A stretch of 64,000 nt of DNA from Oxalobacteraceae bacterium (GTDB lineage: Bacteria; Pseudomonadota; Gammaproteobacteria; Burkholderiales; Burkholderiaceae_D): assembly GCA_021298975.1 (NCBI GenBank), contig JAJTGC010000005.1, forward strand, positions 3,340 to 67,339, read 5' to 3'. The translations under genes were made by a program, and so were the position numbers. Position 1 is the first letter of the stretch; each line of letters opens with the position of its first letter. The notes beneath the pieces were generated by a model. That model was given only the letters and a program-made list of their open reading frames with translations, was not told the DNA's origin and made no database searches. Shown one piece after another: positions 1 to 11,629 of the stretch.

Positions 1-221
1 TCGGCGCTTCATCGCAGAGTCTCTATCAAAATGCTGCTGCCAGCGCAGGGGTCAGTCTCGACGGGCGCGTGCTGGGTAGTCGTCCACACGGTTCTCAGGC
101 TTGCAGCGTGGTGCACGATACCTCCCGCTGCACGCTTGCCAGGGATTGCCTCACTCCGTGGCGCTCATTTTGATGGAGATTTTTTGGCGCCGCGATTCTA
201 TCTTCATTCAATCTTGGCAAT

Positions 222-2228
222 ATGACTTCCAAACTGGACTCGGGTGCGGATACCCGCAAAATGGCAAATGCGATCCGCGCGCTCGCGATGGACGCTGTGC
301 AAAAAGCCAACTCGGGACACCCCGGCATGCCCATGGGTATGGCGGATATCGCCGTTGCTTTGTGGGGAGGACATTTGCGGCACAACCCTGCTGATCCCCA
401 ATGGATAGATCGCGATCGCTTCGTGGTTTCCAATGGTCACGGCTCCATGCTGTTGTACGCCTTGCTGCATTTGTCCGGTTACGCACTCTCCATGGACGAG
501 ATTCGCAACTTTCGGCAACTGCATTCACTGACGCCGGGTCACCCGGAAGTCGACATCACACCTGGCGTTGAAACCACGACCGGCCCCTTGGGTCAGGGCG
601 TCACCAACGCGGTCGGTATGGCGCTGGCAGAACATTTGCTCGCGGCCGAATTCAACCGGCCCGGCTTTGAAGTCATTGATCATCACACCTATGTATTCCT
701 CGGCGACGGTTGTCTGATGGAAGGCATCAGTCATGAAGCCTGCTCTCTTGCCGGTACCTTGCGTTTATCGAAGCTGATCGCGCTGTACGACGACAATGGC
801 ATTTCCATTGATGGCAAGGTGGAGGGCTGGTTTCGTGACGATACCCCGAAGCGTTTCGAGAGTTACGGCTGGCACGTGATTCCGAATGTGGACGGACATG
901 ATGTGCAGGCAGTGGATGCAGCGATTGCTGCCGCCCGCCAGTCCGATCGTCCCACACTGATTTGCTGCAAGACCGTGATTGGCAAAGGATCGCCGAATAT
1001 GGCGGGCAGCGACAAGGTTCATGGCGCCGCTCTCGGCGATGCGGAAATTGGCGCCACGCGGGCTGCTATCGGCTGGGACTCTCCACCTTTCGAAATACCG
1101 AATGATGTGTATGCCGCCTGGGATGCGAAGCAACAAGGTGCAGCGTTGCAAGCGACCTGGACAAAAAAATTCAACGCCTATCGCGAGAAATTCCCGAAAG
1201 AAGCTGCCGAACTGATTCGTCGCATGCAGGGTGAATTGCCAGCGACATTTGATCAGTCCGTTGCTGCGCTTATCGCTACCTGCGTGCAGAAAAAAGAAAA
1301 CATTGCCACTCGCAAGGCCAGCCAAAATGCCATTCAGGCGCTCGCTCCCGGCTTGCCGGAATTTCTTGGCGGCTCGGCTGACCTGACTGGATCCAATCTC
1401 ACCAACTGGAAAGAATGCATCGCCGTTCGTGCCGACCAACCGGGCAACCACATTAATTATGGTGTGCGCGAATTTGGGATGAGCGCGATCATGAACGGTA
1501 TTGCGCTGCACGGCGGCTACATTCCGTTCGGCGCAACCTTTCTGACTTTCTCGGATTACAGTCGCAATGCCTTGCGCATGGCAGCGCTGATGAAACGGCG
1601 TTCCATCTTTGTATTCACGCATGACTCCATCGGTTTGGGCGAAGATGGCCCGACCCACCAGTCGGTCGAGCACGTCTCCAGCATGCGCCTGATTCCGAAT
1701 CTCGATAACTGGCGTCCTTGTGACACGGTGGAATCTGCAGTGGCATGGGCTGAAGCGGTGCGCCGCAAGCACGGCCCGAGCACATTGATTTTCTCCAGAC
1801 AAAACCTGCCTTTTCTTGAGCGAGAGCCTGAGCAAATTGGCGATATCCGACGCGGGGGCTATATCCTGCGTGATGACAAGTCGGCCCGCGTGATTTTGAT
1901 TGCGACAGGCTCTGAAGTCGAACTGGCACTTAAATCCGCTGAAGTTCTGGCCGCTGAAGGTATCTTGGCGAGGATCGTGTCCATGCCGAGTACCGATGTC
2001 TTCGAGCGACAGGATGCTGCCTACAAAGCCAGCGTTCTGCCCAGGCATTTGCCGCGCGTCGCCATCGAGGCAGGTGTCACGGACTTCTGGTTCAAATATG
2101 TGGGTCTCGACGGCGCCGTGATCGGTGTCGATACCTTTGGCGAGTCTGCGCCGGCCGGCGCGCTGTTCAAGCATTTCGGATTGACGACGGAAAGCGTCGT
2201 GGCGGCAGTCAAGTCAGTGTTGCACTGA
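222..2228 (+). CDS. tkt: Transketolase
   Basis: 668 aa ORF with [23 protein letters not shown]-binding GDGCLMEG and [14 protein letters not shown] motifs. Confidence 0.98.
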   Translation: MTSKLDSGADTRKMANAIRALAMDAVQKANSGHPGMPMGMADIAVALWGGHLRHNPADPQWIDRDRFVVSNGHGSMLLYALLHLSGYALSMDEIRNFRQLHSLTPGHPEVDITPGVETTTGPLGQGVTNAVGMALAEHLLAAEFNRPGFEVIDHHTYVFLGDGCLMEGISHEACSLAGTLRLSKLIALYDDNGISIDGKVEGWFRDDTPKRFESYGWHVIPNVDGHDVQAVDAAIAAARQSDRPTLICCKTVIGKGSPNMAGSDKVHGAALGDAEIGATRAAIGWDSPPFEIPNDVYAAWDAKQQGAALQATWTKKFNAYREKFPKEAAELIRRMQGELPATFDQSVAALIATCVQKKENIATRKASQNAIQALAPGLPEFLGGSADLTGSNLTNWKECIAVRADQPGNHINYGVREFGMSAIMNGIALHGGYIPFGATFLTFSDYSRNALRMAALMKRRSIFVFTHDSIGLGEDGPTHQSVEHVSSMRLIPNLDNWRPCDTVESAVAWAEAVRRKHGPSTLIFSRQNLPFLEREPEQIGDIRRGGYILRDDKSARVILIATGSEVELALKSAEVLAAEGILARIVSMPSTDVFERQDAAYKASVLPRHLPRVAIEAGVTDFWFKYVGLDGAVIGVDTFGESAPAGALFKHFGLTTESVVAAVKSVLH

Positions 2229-2274
2229 CCAGCACACAATACAGTTACCAGCAATAATCACTCAGGAGATCCAT

Positions 2275-3285
2275 ATGACTATCAAAGTTGCGATCAATGG
2301 CTACGGCCGCATCGGGCGCAATGTATTGCGCGCTCACTACGAGGGCGGCAAGAAAAACGATATCCAGATCGTTGCCATCAATGATCTGGGTAATGCGGAA
2401 TCGAATGCGCATCTCACGCGCTACGATACGGCGCATGGCAAATTCCCCGGCACCGTCGTGGTCGAGGGCGATTACATGATCGTCAATGGTGACAAAATTC
2501 GTGTCTTTGCGCAGCGCAATCCGGCAGATATTCCTTGGGGCGAGCTGGGTGTTGATGTGGTCATGGAATGTACCGGCTTTTTTACTACCAAGGAAAAAGC
2601 CTCTGCGCACCTCAAAGGTGGTGCCAAGAAAGTCATCATCTCGGCGCCCGGCGGTAAGGATGTTGATGCGACTGTGGTCTTTGGCGTGAACCAGAGCGTA
2701 CTGAAATCTTCCGACACCGTGATCTCCAACGCCTCATGTACCACCAACTGTCTGGCGCCCCTGGTCAAGCCACTCAATGACACGATTGGTCTTGAAAATG
2801 GCCTGATGACTACGGTACATGCCTACACCAATGATCAGGTACTCACCGATGTCATGCATGAAGATCTGCGTCGCGCACGCTCGGCGACTCAGTCGATGAT
2901 TCCCACCAAGACCGGTGCAGCAGTCGCGGTGGGTTTGGTGCTGCCTGAACTCAATGGCAAGCTGGATGGCTATGCGATTCGCGTACCGACCATCAATGTT
3001 TCCATCGTTGATCTGTCTTTTATTGCTGCGCGTGACACCACCGTTGATGAAGTCAACAGCATCATGAAAAAAGCAGCCGACGGTCCTTTGAAGGGTATCC
3101 TGACCTACAACACCGAGCCACTGGTCTCGGTAGATTTCAATCACAATCCGGCATCGAGCAATTTTGATGCGACCTTAACCAAAGTCTCGGGTCGTCTTGT
3201 GAAAGTCTCTTCATGGTACGACAATGAATGGGGTTTCTCGAACCGCATGCTCGATACAACCATGGCGCTGATGAGCGCAAAGTAA
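2275..3285 (+). CDS. gap: Type I glyceraldehyde-3-phosphate dehydrogenase
   Basis: INGYGRIGR Rossmann motif, active-site [15 protein letters not shown]; AGGAG RBS upstream. Confidence 0.98.
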   Translation: MTIKVAINGYGRIGRNVLRAHYEGGKKNDIQIVAINDLGNAESNAHLTRYDTAHGKFPGTVVVEGDYMIVNGDKIRVFAQRNPADIPWGELGVDVVMECTGFFTTKEKASAHLKGGAKKVIISAPGGKDVDATVVFGVNQSVLKSSDTVISNASCTTNCLAPLVKPLNDTIGLENGLMTTVHAYTNDQVLTDVMHEDLRRARSATQSMIPTKTGAAVAVGLVLPELNGKLDGYAIRVPTINVSIVDLSFIAARDTTVDEVNSIMKKAADGPLKGILTYNTEPLVSVDFNHNPASSNFDATLTKVSGRLVKVSSWYDNEWGFSNRMLDTTMALMSAK

Positions 3286-3304
3286 GCGGTTTGATGTGTT
3301 TCAG

Positions 3305-3342
3305 AAAAAAGCCCGGCAGTTCACATGAGCTGCCAGGCTTTT
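3305..3342. terminator. Probable bidirectional intrinsic terminator between gap and the convergent lipoprotein gene
   Basis: AAAAAA-GCCCGGCAGTTCA-ca-TGAGCTGCCAGGC-TTTT: imperfect hairpin flanked by A- and T-tracts. Confidence 0.75.
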
Positions 3343-3361
3343 CACATGATGACGCGGTTTT

Positions 3362-3973
3362 TTATTTTTGTGCTGCCCGAATGAAGATGGCATCGCTGAT
3401 TTTTTCGAACGCTGACTGGTAAATTTTTGGATCCTGTATCGGATCATCGCGGTTGGCTTGCTGGCCATAGTCGCCGGAAGATTTTTTTCTCTCGACAAAA
3501 TTCAAGCGTATCTTTGCAGATTTCGGGGACAGTTCCTCAACAAAGGCAGTCACTGCCGTTCTTCCCTCGACCCGCATCCCCGCCAGAAAAGAGAGAAATG
3601 CTTCACTACCTTTCGCGCCCTTCGTGGGAGATTCTGCCGTGATGAAGCCGGTATCCAGATTGGCTGAATTCACGATATAGCCCAGATCCTGAAAGACGGA
3701 CATCGCGGAATTGAACGCCGTCTTTTTATCCACTTCGAATGCCCGGGACTGATAGGCTTGAATTTCCAATGAGGTCTTGTTCTGAGGCGCGTCATTCATT
3801 GCGCAGCCGGCCGTGAAGAGCGTGCTGCCTATTGCCAGAGCACAGAGCACTCGTCGCAGGAGGCCACTGCCGTTTTCCGAGCCAAAGGACACGGCCTTCC
3901 GGTTGGTCTCGGTTGTGGAAGCTGAATCAGGGACATCGGGCATGGTCGTGATAGAGGTCGTGATGGTTTTCAT
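3362..3973 (-). CDS. Hypothetical lipoprotein (start uncertain)
   Basis: Hydrophobic stretch with lipobox-like FTAGC about 57 aa into the ORF, followed by a globular domain; 9 bp downstream of a second lipoprotein gene. Confidence 0.75.
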   Translation of the reverse strand: MKTITTSITTMPDVPDSASTTETNRKAVSFGSENGSGLLRRVLCALAIGSTLFTAGCAMNDAPQNKTSLEIQAYQSRAFEVDKKTAFNSAMSVFQDLGYIVNSANLDTGFITAESPTKGAKGSEAFLSFLAGMRVEGRTAVTAFVEELSPKSAKIRLNFVERKKSSGDYGQQANRDDPIQDPKIYQSAFEKISDAIFIRAAQK

Positions 3974-3982
3974 GGCTCAGTC

Positions 3983-4396
3983 TCAGAATGAAGAGTAGCG
4001 GGAAGAAAAGTCGGTGACTGTTTTGACGCCTTTGATATCTCTGAACTTGATGATCAGCGTTATCGTTCGGCTGGATTGCTCGAGACCGGAGCTGTTACTG
4101 GATGCGCCAGCCAGAATGATCGTTGCAAAAGCCGAGCTGGAACTCGCATTCGAGACCGTCGCTTGCTTCTGATAAGTCCAGGATTCCTCGCCATCGGCGT
4201 TTTGGGTCACCAGATTGGGCGCCCCAAAAGTCTCCACGACTTCCTGCTGCGTGGTGATGTTTTTCTTGAGTGTGATGCTGACCTGACCTGAGGTCAGATT
4301 GCTTTTGGAAATTTTCTGGCTCTCGATGTCGCGCTGTGTTGCGCATCCCGAAAGAAGAACGGCTAAAGCCATGCAGAGAACTGCGTATCTGTTCAT
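3983..4396 (-). CDS. Small lipoprotein with a BamE/SmpA-like domain
   Basis: Signal peptide with lipobox LSGC; TTQQEVVETFGAP...WTY resembles the SmpA/OmlA pattern; AGGA RBS. Confidence 0.75.
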   Translation of the reverse strand: MNRYAVLCMALAVLLSGCATQRDIESQKISKSNLTSGQVSITLKKNITTQQEVVETFGAPNLVTQNADGEESWTYQKQATVSNASSSSAFATIILAGASSNSSGLEQSSRTITLIIKFRDIKGVKTVTDFSSRYSSF

Positions 4397-4610
4397 GATC
4401 TCGTCCTGAGTGAAAGGGGGGTCATACGTCGCGCCAGAGGAGTCGCACCTGAGTGACGACGTTGCATGAATTGTAATTAGCCGCGAAATTATTCGTTTGG
4501 TAATTTTTATACTGTTGTGTATTTGTGACGAGTGAGGCGCCGGTATCGTGAGCCTGAAAAGGCAAGGCCGCTAAGAGGCGAGTAGGCTAGGAAAGCGCTG
4601 CGTGGAGATT

Positions 4611-7337
4611 TCAGTCGTGCAACAGAACTTGTTGCCAAAGTTGCTCGACGGCCTTGCGGGGTTCGGCTACCCGAGCTTGTTCAACCCGCGCCCGGTCATG
4701 CCCGGTCAGGCGAATTTGATGCTGAAGTTTGCGGAAGCGCCGGTAGGCATCGCTGACGGCAACCGACAGTGGTGCGTCGATCAGTTGTAGCTCGCCAGCT
4801 AGTTTTAGTAGAGCAATATTGCCGATGTCACCGGTCATGGCGGGATAGTCGGCCGCATGACGCAGCACCAGAAATTGAACGATGAATTCGATATCGATCA
4901 TGCCGCCCGCATCGTGCTTGAGATCGAATAATTCCGAGCGATTGGGATGCGCATCATGCATCCGTTGGCGCATGGCCAGTATTTCAGAACGCAGCTGAAC
5001 GGGATCTCGGGCCTGGCGCAGCACCTGCGTACGGAGCGCTTCGAATTGTGCACCGATGTTCTGATCGCCTGCGCAGAAGCGTGCTCTGGTAAGTGCCTGA
5101 TGCTCCCACAACCAGGCGGACTGATGCTGGTATTTCTCGAATGCCGATAGCGAGGACACGAGCAGACCGCTGGCGCCATCCGGTCTGAGGGCGATATCGA
5201 TATCAAACAAGATGCCGGCAGGCGTGTGACTGGTCATCCAGGTAATGAAACGCTGCGCCAGCTTCGCGTAGATGGCGGGTGCCTCTGGATCATCATCGTC
5301 ATACAGAAAAATGACATCCAGATCCGAGGCATATCCCAACTCCTTGCCGCCCAGCTTCCCATAGGCGATGACGGCAAATCGTGGTTGATCGCGATGTCGG
5401 CCGGTGAGTGTCTGCCAGACCGCATCAAGCGTCACCGAGATGAGTACATCCGCCAGCGCTGACAAATGATCTGCAAGACGCTCTACGCTGAGCACGCCAT
5501 CGAGATCCTGTGCAAGCAACCGAAACAGTTGCGCATGATGCTGCTCGCGCAGCACATCCATCTGACGTTCGGTGTCGCCCTCGAAAGCCTGAAGTTGCTG
5601 ACGACACTCCTGCGCAAAAGCCTGCCAGTCGGGTTCAGTATGGAGGATGGCGTCATCCAGAAATTCATCCATCAAGACCGGGTGGCGGGTCAGATACTTG
5701 GCCGCCCAGTCACTGGCGGCCATCATGCGAATCACCCGAGTCAGGGTATGAGGATATTCGGTAAGCAAAGCCAGATAAGCCGAGCGGCGCGCGATGGTAT
5801 CGAAAAAATCCAGCAAGCGGTTGAGTGTTGCCGAGCTGGACGCTGAATCCGTTTGCTGACCGATCATGGGTAGCGAGGAGCGCAGTAGCGCTTGCAGTTG
5901 CCCTTTGCGCTGCGGCGGCAGTGACTGGATCCGGGTGCTGCGCCAACTGGAAAGCAAGCGTTGGGCGGAGGCTGATGCATCATCAAAACCCAGTTGGTGC
6001 AATTGCGTCGAGATCATCTCTTCCGTGGCCTCGTCAAATGACAAGTCCGGGACTTCTCTGCCAGCCCCGGCATCGGGGGCTGATTTGTCATCGAAAATTT
6101 CATCGAAGCGTGCTGCCACCCAATCTGCGTACGTGCTGAGTGCACGTAGCAAGGCGGGCGTGTCGTCGTATCCCATTGCCCGGGCCAGCAGCAGGCGGTC
6201 GTCCTCCGACGCTGGCAACACGTGCGTTTGTGCATCATCGAGATACTGCACACGGTGCTCCAGATTACGGAGAAACGTATAGGCCTCCAGCAAGCGAGCG
6301 CTCACCTGCGCAGGCAGCAGTTTTTTTTCTGCGAGTATGCGCAAGGTGGCACGGGTAGAGCGGTCACGAAGCCCTGGGTCGCGGCCACCCCGGATCAGCT
6401 GAAAAACCTGCGCAAGGAATTCAACTTCGCGTATGCCGCCGCGGCCGAGCTTGACATTGATATTGCGTTGCGGATGGCGAGTTTCCTGTCGTACGACTTC
6501 GGCCCGTATTTGCGCATGCATATCACGCAGCGCGTGAATCGCGCCAAAATCCAGGTAGCGGCGGTAAACGAACGGTCGCACAATCGCCTCGAGCGCAGCA
6601 ATGTCCTCGGCGCGCCCGGTCAGTGCACGCGCTTTGACCCAGGCATAACGTTCCCACTCGCGCCCCTGCACCATCAGATACTCCTCAAGCATCCCGAAGC
6701 TGGCTGCCAGTGGGCCTGATGCGCCATTGGGCCGCAGTGCCATATCCACCCGGAAACTGAACCCGTCGGCGGTGATCTCGGCGATGTCGGCAATCAGTTT
6801 TTTACCAAGGCGAACAAAAAATTCATGGTTGGACAGTTGGCGTTGGCCCTCGGCGGTAACCCTGGTGTCCCCATCTTCCGGATACAAGAAAATCAAATCG
6901 ATATCGGAAGACACATTCAGTTCGCGGCCGCCCAGCTTACCCATGCCGAGCACGATCATTTGCTGGGCAGTGCCTGACTCCTCACCGATCGGTATGCCGT
7001 GCAATGCGCACTGGCTGCGATACAAGTCGTCCAGATGCCGGTTGATCGCGAACTCGGCGAATGCCGATATGGCGCTCAGAACCTCATTCAGGTCGCCATG
7101 GCCGGCGAGATCACGCTCGGCGATGGCGGCGACCAGTGTGTTTCGCAGGCGACGCATGGCCGCCGGCAGTGACGGCACAAGCGCCAAGTGCGACTCAAGC
7201 AACTGGGCAAAGTCCACCAAGGCAAGCGATAATCCAGCCATTCGCGCCAATTCGGCGGGTCGCGCAGGATCCGCATCCAGCCAGCGTCTGACGAACCGGG
7301 AAAGGTTCGGGCTGGTGAAAGGCGGGGTTATGCGCAT
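4611..7337 (-). CDS. glnE: Bifunctional glutamine synthetase adenylyltransferase/adenylyl-removing enzyme
   Basis: Two nucleotidyltransferase motifs (GKLGGRELNVSSDIDL and GKLGGKELGYASDLDV); divergent from yhdP. Confidence 0.97.
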   Translation of the reverse strand: MRITPPFTSPNLSRFVRRWLDADPARPAELARMAGLSLALVDFAQLLESHLALVPSLPAAMRRLRNTLVAAIAERDLAGHGDLNEVLSAISAFAEFAINRHLDDLYRSQCALHGIPIGEESGTAQQMIVLGMGKLGGRELNVSSDIDLIFLYPEDGDTRVTAEGQRQLSNHEFFVRLGKKLIADIAEITADGFSFRVDMALRPNGASGPLAASFGMLEEYLMVQGREWERYAWVKARALTGRAEDIAALEAIVRPFVYRRYLDFGAIHALRDMHAQIRAEVVRQETRHPQRNINVKLGRGGIREVEFLAQVFQLIRGGRDPGLRDRSTRATLRILAEKKLLPAQVSARLLEAYTFLRNLEHRVQYLDDAQTHVLPASEDDRLLLARAMGYDDTPALLRALSTYADWVAARFDEIFDDKSAPDAGAGREVPDLSFDEATEEMISTQLHQLGFDDASASAQRLLSSWRSTRIQSLPPQRKGQLQALLRSSLPMIGQQTDSASSSATLNRLLDFFDTIARRSAYLALLTEYPHTLTRVIRMMAASDWAAKYLTRHPVLMDEFLDDAILHTEPDWQAFAQECRQQLQAFEGDTERQMDVLREQHHAQLFRLLAQDLDGVLSVERLADHLSALADVLISVTLDAVWQTLTGRHRDQPRFAVIAYGKLGGKELGYASDLDVIFLYDDDDPEAPAIYAKLAQRFITWMTSHTPAGILFDIDIALRPDGASGLLVSSLSAFEKYQHQSAWLWEHQALTRARFCAGDQNIGAQFEALRTQVLRQARDPVQLRSEILAMRQRMHDAHPNRSELFDLKHDAGGMIDIEFIVQFLVLRHAADYPAMTGDIGNIALLKLAGELQLIDAPLSVAVSDAYRRFRKLQHQIRLTGHDRARVEQARVAEPRKAVEQLWQQVLLHD

Positions 7338-7430
7338 AAGGTCACTCGGAGCGTTGTCGGGGTGGCGGGGACAGCAGGATTTGCAGCGATGACTCTGTGA
7401 GTGCGGTATGCATTACAACAATTCTATTTA

Positions 7431-10400
7431 ATGTCGAGTCAGCCAGATAAACCAAATCGTATCAGACAAGCCCTGCGGGTTGGATGGCGTTCGGTTCGTG
7501 TCGGCTACGACAAGGTCAATCGTATAACGCACCATGCGCTTGGCTGGATGTTGCTCACGCTGGTCATTATCTATTTTGCGTTCTGTGCAGCCTTCCTGTC
7601 TCTGCGCTATCTCGTCTTGCCCAACATCGACAGCTACAAATCGCACGTAGAGCAACTCGCAAGTCATTTTGTCAATCGTAGTGTTCGTATTGACGGCATA
7701 CAGGCCAGCTGGCATGGACTGAATCCCCGCCTGAAACTGGAAAACGTTGTCATTCACAACGACAAGGGTGAGAGCGCACTCGTACTGCCCCAAGTGAATG
7801 CCACCATTTCATGGTGGTCGGTTATGGGCGAGTTACGTCTGCAGGCATTGGAATTGTCGCGCCCGAATCTGGAGATAGAACGCGATAGTGATGGGCATAT
7901 TTTTGTTGGTGGCTTGCGGATTGATCCCAACAAGCCTGATGATGGGCTTGGACTTGACTGGCTGCTGGCACAGCATGAGATCGTGATCAGGCAGGGTCAG
8001 TTGCGCTGGCGCGATCAGATGCGCTCGGCACCCGACCTCATGCTCAACGATATCAGCTTCGTCTTGCAGAATCGTTGGCGTACGCACCGTGCCGCGCTCA
8101 AGGCGACGCCGCCCGAATCAATGGCAGCGCCCATTGATCTGCGCGTTGAATTCACTCACCTGCCATTTTCGAAACAACGCGCAGCTTATGCGGAATGGGT
8201 AGGCGAGCTTTATATCCATTGGCAAAAAACGCATCTTGAAGCGTGGAAGTCCTACATTGACATGCCGTACCAGCTTACCGGAGGTGACGGCTCCGTACGC
8301 GCCTGGGTAAATTTCGATCGAGGTGCCGTGGCGAATGTGACCGCAGATCTGTCCCTGTCCAATTTGTCGGTGAGGCTGGATCAGTCACTGGAACCACTCA
8401 AGCTCATCGATGTCAGCGGGCGCATTTCAGCCGGTGAAGTGAGTTCAGGTCTCAAGCAAAAAATACTCTCTTATGGCGAACATGGCCATCAACTTACACT
8501 GACCAATTTTTCACTGCGGACCGAGCAAGGCGCCGTATTACCGCGGACGACCGTAAGCCATGTGGTCGCTGCGGCAGCTGGCAGCAAAGCCGAGCACCAT
8601 GACTTGAAAATCACCGAAATGGATGTCGGTGCACTGGCTCAGTTTGCAGCGCATGTGCCTTTATCCGAGGACTTCCGGCGCACGCTGTCTGATCTTGCTC
8701 CCCGTGGATTATTCCGGGATTTCTCGGCATCCTGGGATGGGTCTGTGCCGGGCAGCGGACCGTATCGGTTTGCTGGCAAATTCGATGCGCTGGGCATTCG
8801 GCAGGCGAGCGGACGGGATTCTTTGCCCGCTTTTGATGGTGTGTCCGGTGAAGTGGATGCGAATCAGGACGGTGGACGCTTGAAATTGCGTAGCGAGCAC
8901 GTAAAACTGCACGCCGCAAATGGATTGGCGCTACCGCAACTGAGCCTGGATGATCTTGCACTCGAAGGCAGTTGGTCAATGCGCGACAATAAGCAGCTCG
9001 CCATGCGTATTGAATCAATGCGTTTTTCACAGGCGGGCGTCGTGGGCACGCTCTTGGGCAGCTACACCGCAGCGCTGCCACTCTCGGCCAGCCAGCTGGG
9101 TGAGCTGGATCTGAAGCTGCAGCTGCCCGTCATTGAATTGAGCCAGGTGCCGCGTTATCTTCCTGCCGTCGTCACGGGTGATACGCGCGAGTGGCTGAGC
9201 TCGGCACTACTGGAAGGGCGTGCACGCGATGTGACTTTGCTGATCAAGGGAGATCTTGATAAATTTCCGTTCCAACAAAAAATCATCACGGAAAACCCGG
9301 CTGAGATTTTCAAACTTACAGCAAAAATAGAAAAGGCAACGCTCAGTCCCGCACCCAAAGAATTGTCTCAGGATCGGCGGACACTTTTGTGGCCCAAGAT
9401 CGAAGATATAAACGGTAATCTGGTTCTGGACCGTACCCGCCTGCAGATTCATGCAGATAGCGCAAAAACTGCAGGGGTTGCCATATCAGAGGTCAATGCT
9501 GTGGTGCCGGATTATCTGAGCACCAAGCCAGTGCTTGAGGTCAGTGGCGTGGCACAGGGTGCATTGCAGTCCATGCTCGCTTATGTCAGCGTCACGCCGG
9601 TCACGGGCTGGATCGATGGTTTCACTGAAGAGGTCAGGGCGACGGGTAATGTCAGGCTGGGCTTGAAGATGCAGCTCCCTCTCAGTGCATCAGGAACGCC
9701 TACTGTGCAAGGCAACGTCAAGTTCTCAGGTAACGAAGTTCAGCTGTGGCGGGCATGGCCAGCGGCTCAGCAAGTCATTGGCGAGTTGAATTTCTCGGAG
9801 CAGGGTGTTCAACTACCGTCGATGCAAGCTGTTTTTCTTGGCGGACCATTGGCCTTGAGTGGTGGCAGCCAGCGCGATGGCAGCGTGCAAATCAAGTTGG
9901 AGGGGTCGATCAATGCAGATAGCGCAGCTCGTGCAATCACCTCACCAATTGCCAAGCGTGTGTTGAAAAAAATGAGTGGCAGTACACGTTACACTGCCAA
10001 CCTGAGGCTCAGGAACCAGCGCCCCGAGTTGACGATAGACGCCTCGTTGGCTGGCCTGGCGCTGGATTTTCCCGCGCCTTTGCAGAAATCTGCCAGTGAA
10101 AACTGGCCCTTGCGCGTGGTGGTGCAGCCCTTGCCGGCACCGGATGGGCTTACGCCGACAGAAGAAATTCGAATCAGCCTGGGGCGCAGTATCAATGCGC
10201 GTTATTTGCGACAGCGCAGCAATCCCCTCAATCGCACCTGGCGGATGGTGCGCGGTGGTATTGGTGTGAACACCGCTGTACCGCAGCCCGACAGTGGTCT
10301 GGCCATTCAGCTCAACGTGGCCTCGTTCAACGCGGATGCCTGGCGTTCGACGATGGCGGCGCTCACGGCAGAGACGGGTACAGGAACGACCGAGAACGTC

Positions 10401-11609
10401 TCAAGTCCGCCCGGTACCGGGCAGGGCGCGGCTCAGGTCACAATGCAAAGCGCGGACTATGCGCCGTTTTTTACCCCCGATGTGATCAATCTCCGTGCCA
10501 ATGAGCTGACTGTCTTCGATCGGCCGTTGGACAACATGGTGTTGGCCTTGACGCGCCAGCGCAGCGGATGGAAATTCACGATGCAGTCCGACGAGGTCGC
10601 CGGTCAGGCGACTTGGGAAGATCCGTCCTCCGAGCGGGGTGCGGGCAAAATCACGGCGCGCCTGTCATCACTGAAAATAGAACGCGCCGCTGATGCGGAC
10701 GTCACCGAACTGCTGAGTGGTAAAAAATCTGCGGCAGAGTTGCCGGGTCTGGATATCGTTGCGGATAGTTTCGAACTGCGTGGCATGAAACTGGGTCGAC
10801 TGGAACTGGCGGCCACCAATGCGGCGATCATGACACCAGGCCGGGAATGGCGGATCAGCAAACTAGCGCTGACCAATCCCGATGCCAGTCTGCGCGCAAC
10901 CGGACGCTGGCTGTTGAACGGTAACGAGGGCCAGTCTGTCTTGAATTATGAACTCGACATCAACGATGCCGGTCACCTCCTCGACAGGGTCGGCTTTGAA
11001 AAAGCGCTCAAGGGTGGCAAAGGTCGGATGGAAGGCGATCTCAACTGGAAGGGTTCGCCCTCTGCATTCGATTTTCCAACCTTGTCGGGTAATATGAATT
11101 TGCGCATCAATTCGGGCCAGTTTCTGAAAGCTGATCCGGGTGTCGCGAAATTGTTGAGTGTGATGAGTCTGCAGTCTTTGCCAAGGCGCCTGACGCTGGA
11201 TTTCCGCGACCTGTTCACCGATGGTTTTGCATTCGACAGCATTGCCAGTACAGCTGCAATATCACGCGGTGTGCTCAAGACCGATACCTTCAAGATGCGA
11301 GGGGTGAATGCCGTCGTCCTGATCGACGGTACAGTCGACCTGAACGATGAGACCCAGAATCTGAATGTGGTCGTTGTTCCGGAAATTAATGCGGGCGGTG
11401 CATCCGTGATTTACGGTCTGGCGGTCAACCCTGTCATCGGGCTGGGCTCGTTCCTTGCGCAGCTGTTTCTGCGAAACCCTCTGTCTCAGGCTCTTTCGCA
11501 GGAGTACGTGATTACCGGTCCATGGAAAGATCCGGTCGTCAAAAAATCAACCATCAAGCGTAAAGTGGATGTCAATTCGGTGGACGCAGAGAAAGTCAGC
11601 AGGCCGTGA
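7431..11609 (+). CDS. yhdP: YhdP family AsmA-like phospholipid transporter (TIGR02099-like)
   Basis: ~1390 aa with N-terminal TM anchor; C-terminal LQSLPRRLTLDFRDLF and YVITGPWKDP motifs; upstream of nitrilase-tldD. ATG at 7431 chosen over GTG at 7401. Confidence 0.92.
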   Translation: MSSQPDKPNRIRQALRVGWRSVRVGYDKVNRITHHALGWMLLTLVIIYFAFCAAFLSLRYLVLPNIDSYKSHVEQLASHFVNRSVRIDGIQASWHGLNPRLKLENVVIHNDKGESALVLPQVNATISWWSVMGELRLQALELSRPNLEIERDSDGHIFVGGLRIDPNKPDDGLGLDWLLAQHEIVIRQGQLRWRDQMRSAPDLMLNDISFVLQNRWRTHRAALKATPPESMAAPIDLRVEFTHLPFSKQRAAYAEWVGELYIHWQKTHLEAWKSYIDMPYQLTGGDGSVRAWVNFDRGAVANVTADLSLSNLSVRLDQSLEPLKLIDVSGRISAGEVSSGLKQKILSYGEHGHQLTLTNFSLRTEQGAVLPRTTVSHVVAAAAGSKAEHHDLKITEMDVGALAQFAAHVPLSEDFRRTLSDLAPRGLFRDFSASWDGSVPGSGPYRFAGKFDALGIRQASGRDSLPAFDGVSGEVDANQDGGRLKLRSEHVKLHAANGLALPQLSLDDLALEGSWSMRDNKQLAMRIESMRFSQAGVVGTLLGSYTAALPLSASQLGELDLKLQLPVIELSQVPRYLPAVVTGDTREWLSSALLEGRARDVTLLIKGDLDKFPFQQKIITENPAEIFKLTAKIEKATLSPAPKELSQDRRTLLWPKIEDINGNLVLDRTRLQIHADSAKTAGVAISEVNAVVPDYLSTKPVLEVSGVAQGALQSMLAYVSVTPVTGWIDGFTEEVRATGNVRLGLKMQLPLSASGTPTVQGNVKFSGNEVQLWRAWPAAQQVIGELNFSEQGVQLPSMQAVFLGGPLALSGGSQRDGSVQIKLEGSINADSAARAITSPIAKRVLKKMSGSTRYTANLRLRNQRPELTIDASLAGLALDFPAPLQKSASENWPLRVVVQPLPAPDGLTPTEEIRISLGRSINARYLRQRSNPLNRTWRMVRGGIGVNTAVPQPDSGLAIQLNVASFNADAWRSTMAALTAETGTGTTENVSSPPGTGQGAAQVTMQSADYAPFFTPDVINLRANELTVFDRPLDNMVLALTRQRSGWKFTMQSDEVAGQATWEDPSSERGAGKITARLSSLKIERAADADVTELLSGKKSAAELPGLDIVADSFELRGMKLGRLELAATNAAIMTPGREWRISKLALTNPDASLRATGRWLLNGNEGQSVLNYELDINDAGHLLDRVGFEKALKGGKGRMEGDLNWKGSPSAFDFPTLSGNMNLRINSGQFLKADPGVAKLLSVMSLQSLPRRLTLDFRDLFTDGFAFDSIASTAAISRGVLKTDTFKMRGVNAVVLIDGTVDLNDETQNLNVVVVPEINAGGASVIYGLAVNPVIGLGSFLAQLFLRNPLSQALSQEYVITGPWKDPVVKKSTIKRKVDVNSVDAEKVSRP

Positions 11610-11629
11610 TCATGAGGTCGGGAGAACCG

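Noticed and set aside
1-100. Possible start of a minus-strand gene (ATG at 12, MKRR) divergent from tkt
   Set aside because: Only four codons lie in the window; cannot be assessed
765-2174. 469-aa antisense ORF within tkt (also 35433-36947 within pat and many similar)
   Set aside because: Shadow ORFs expected opposite GC-rich genes with biased codon usage; no motifs
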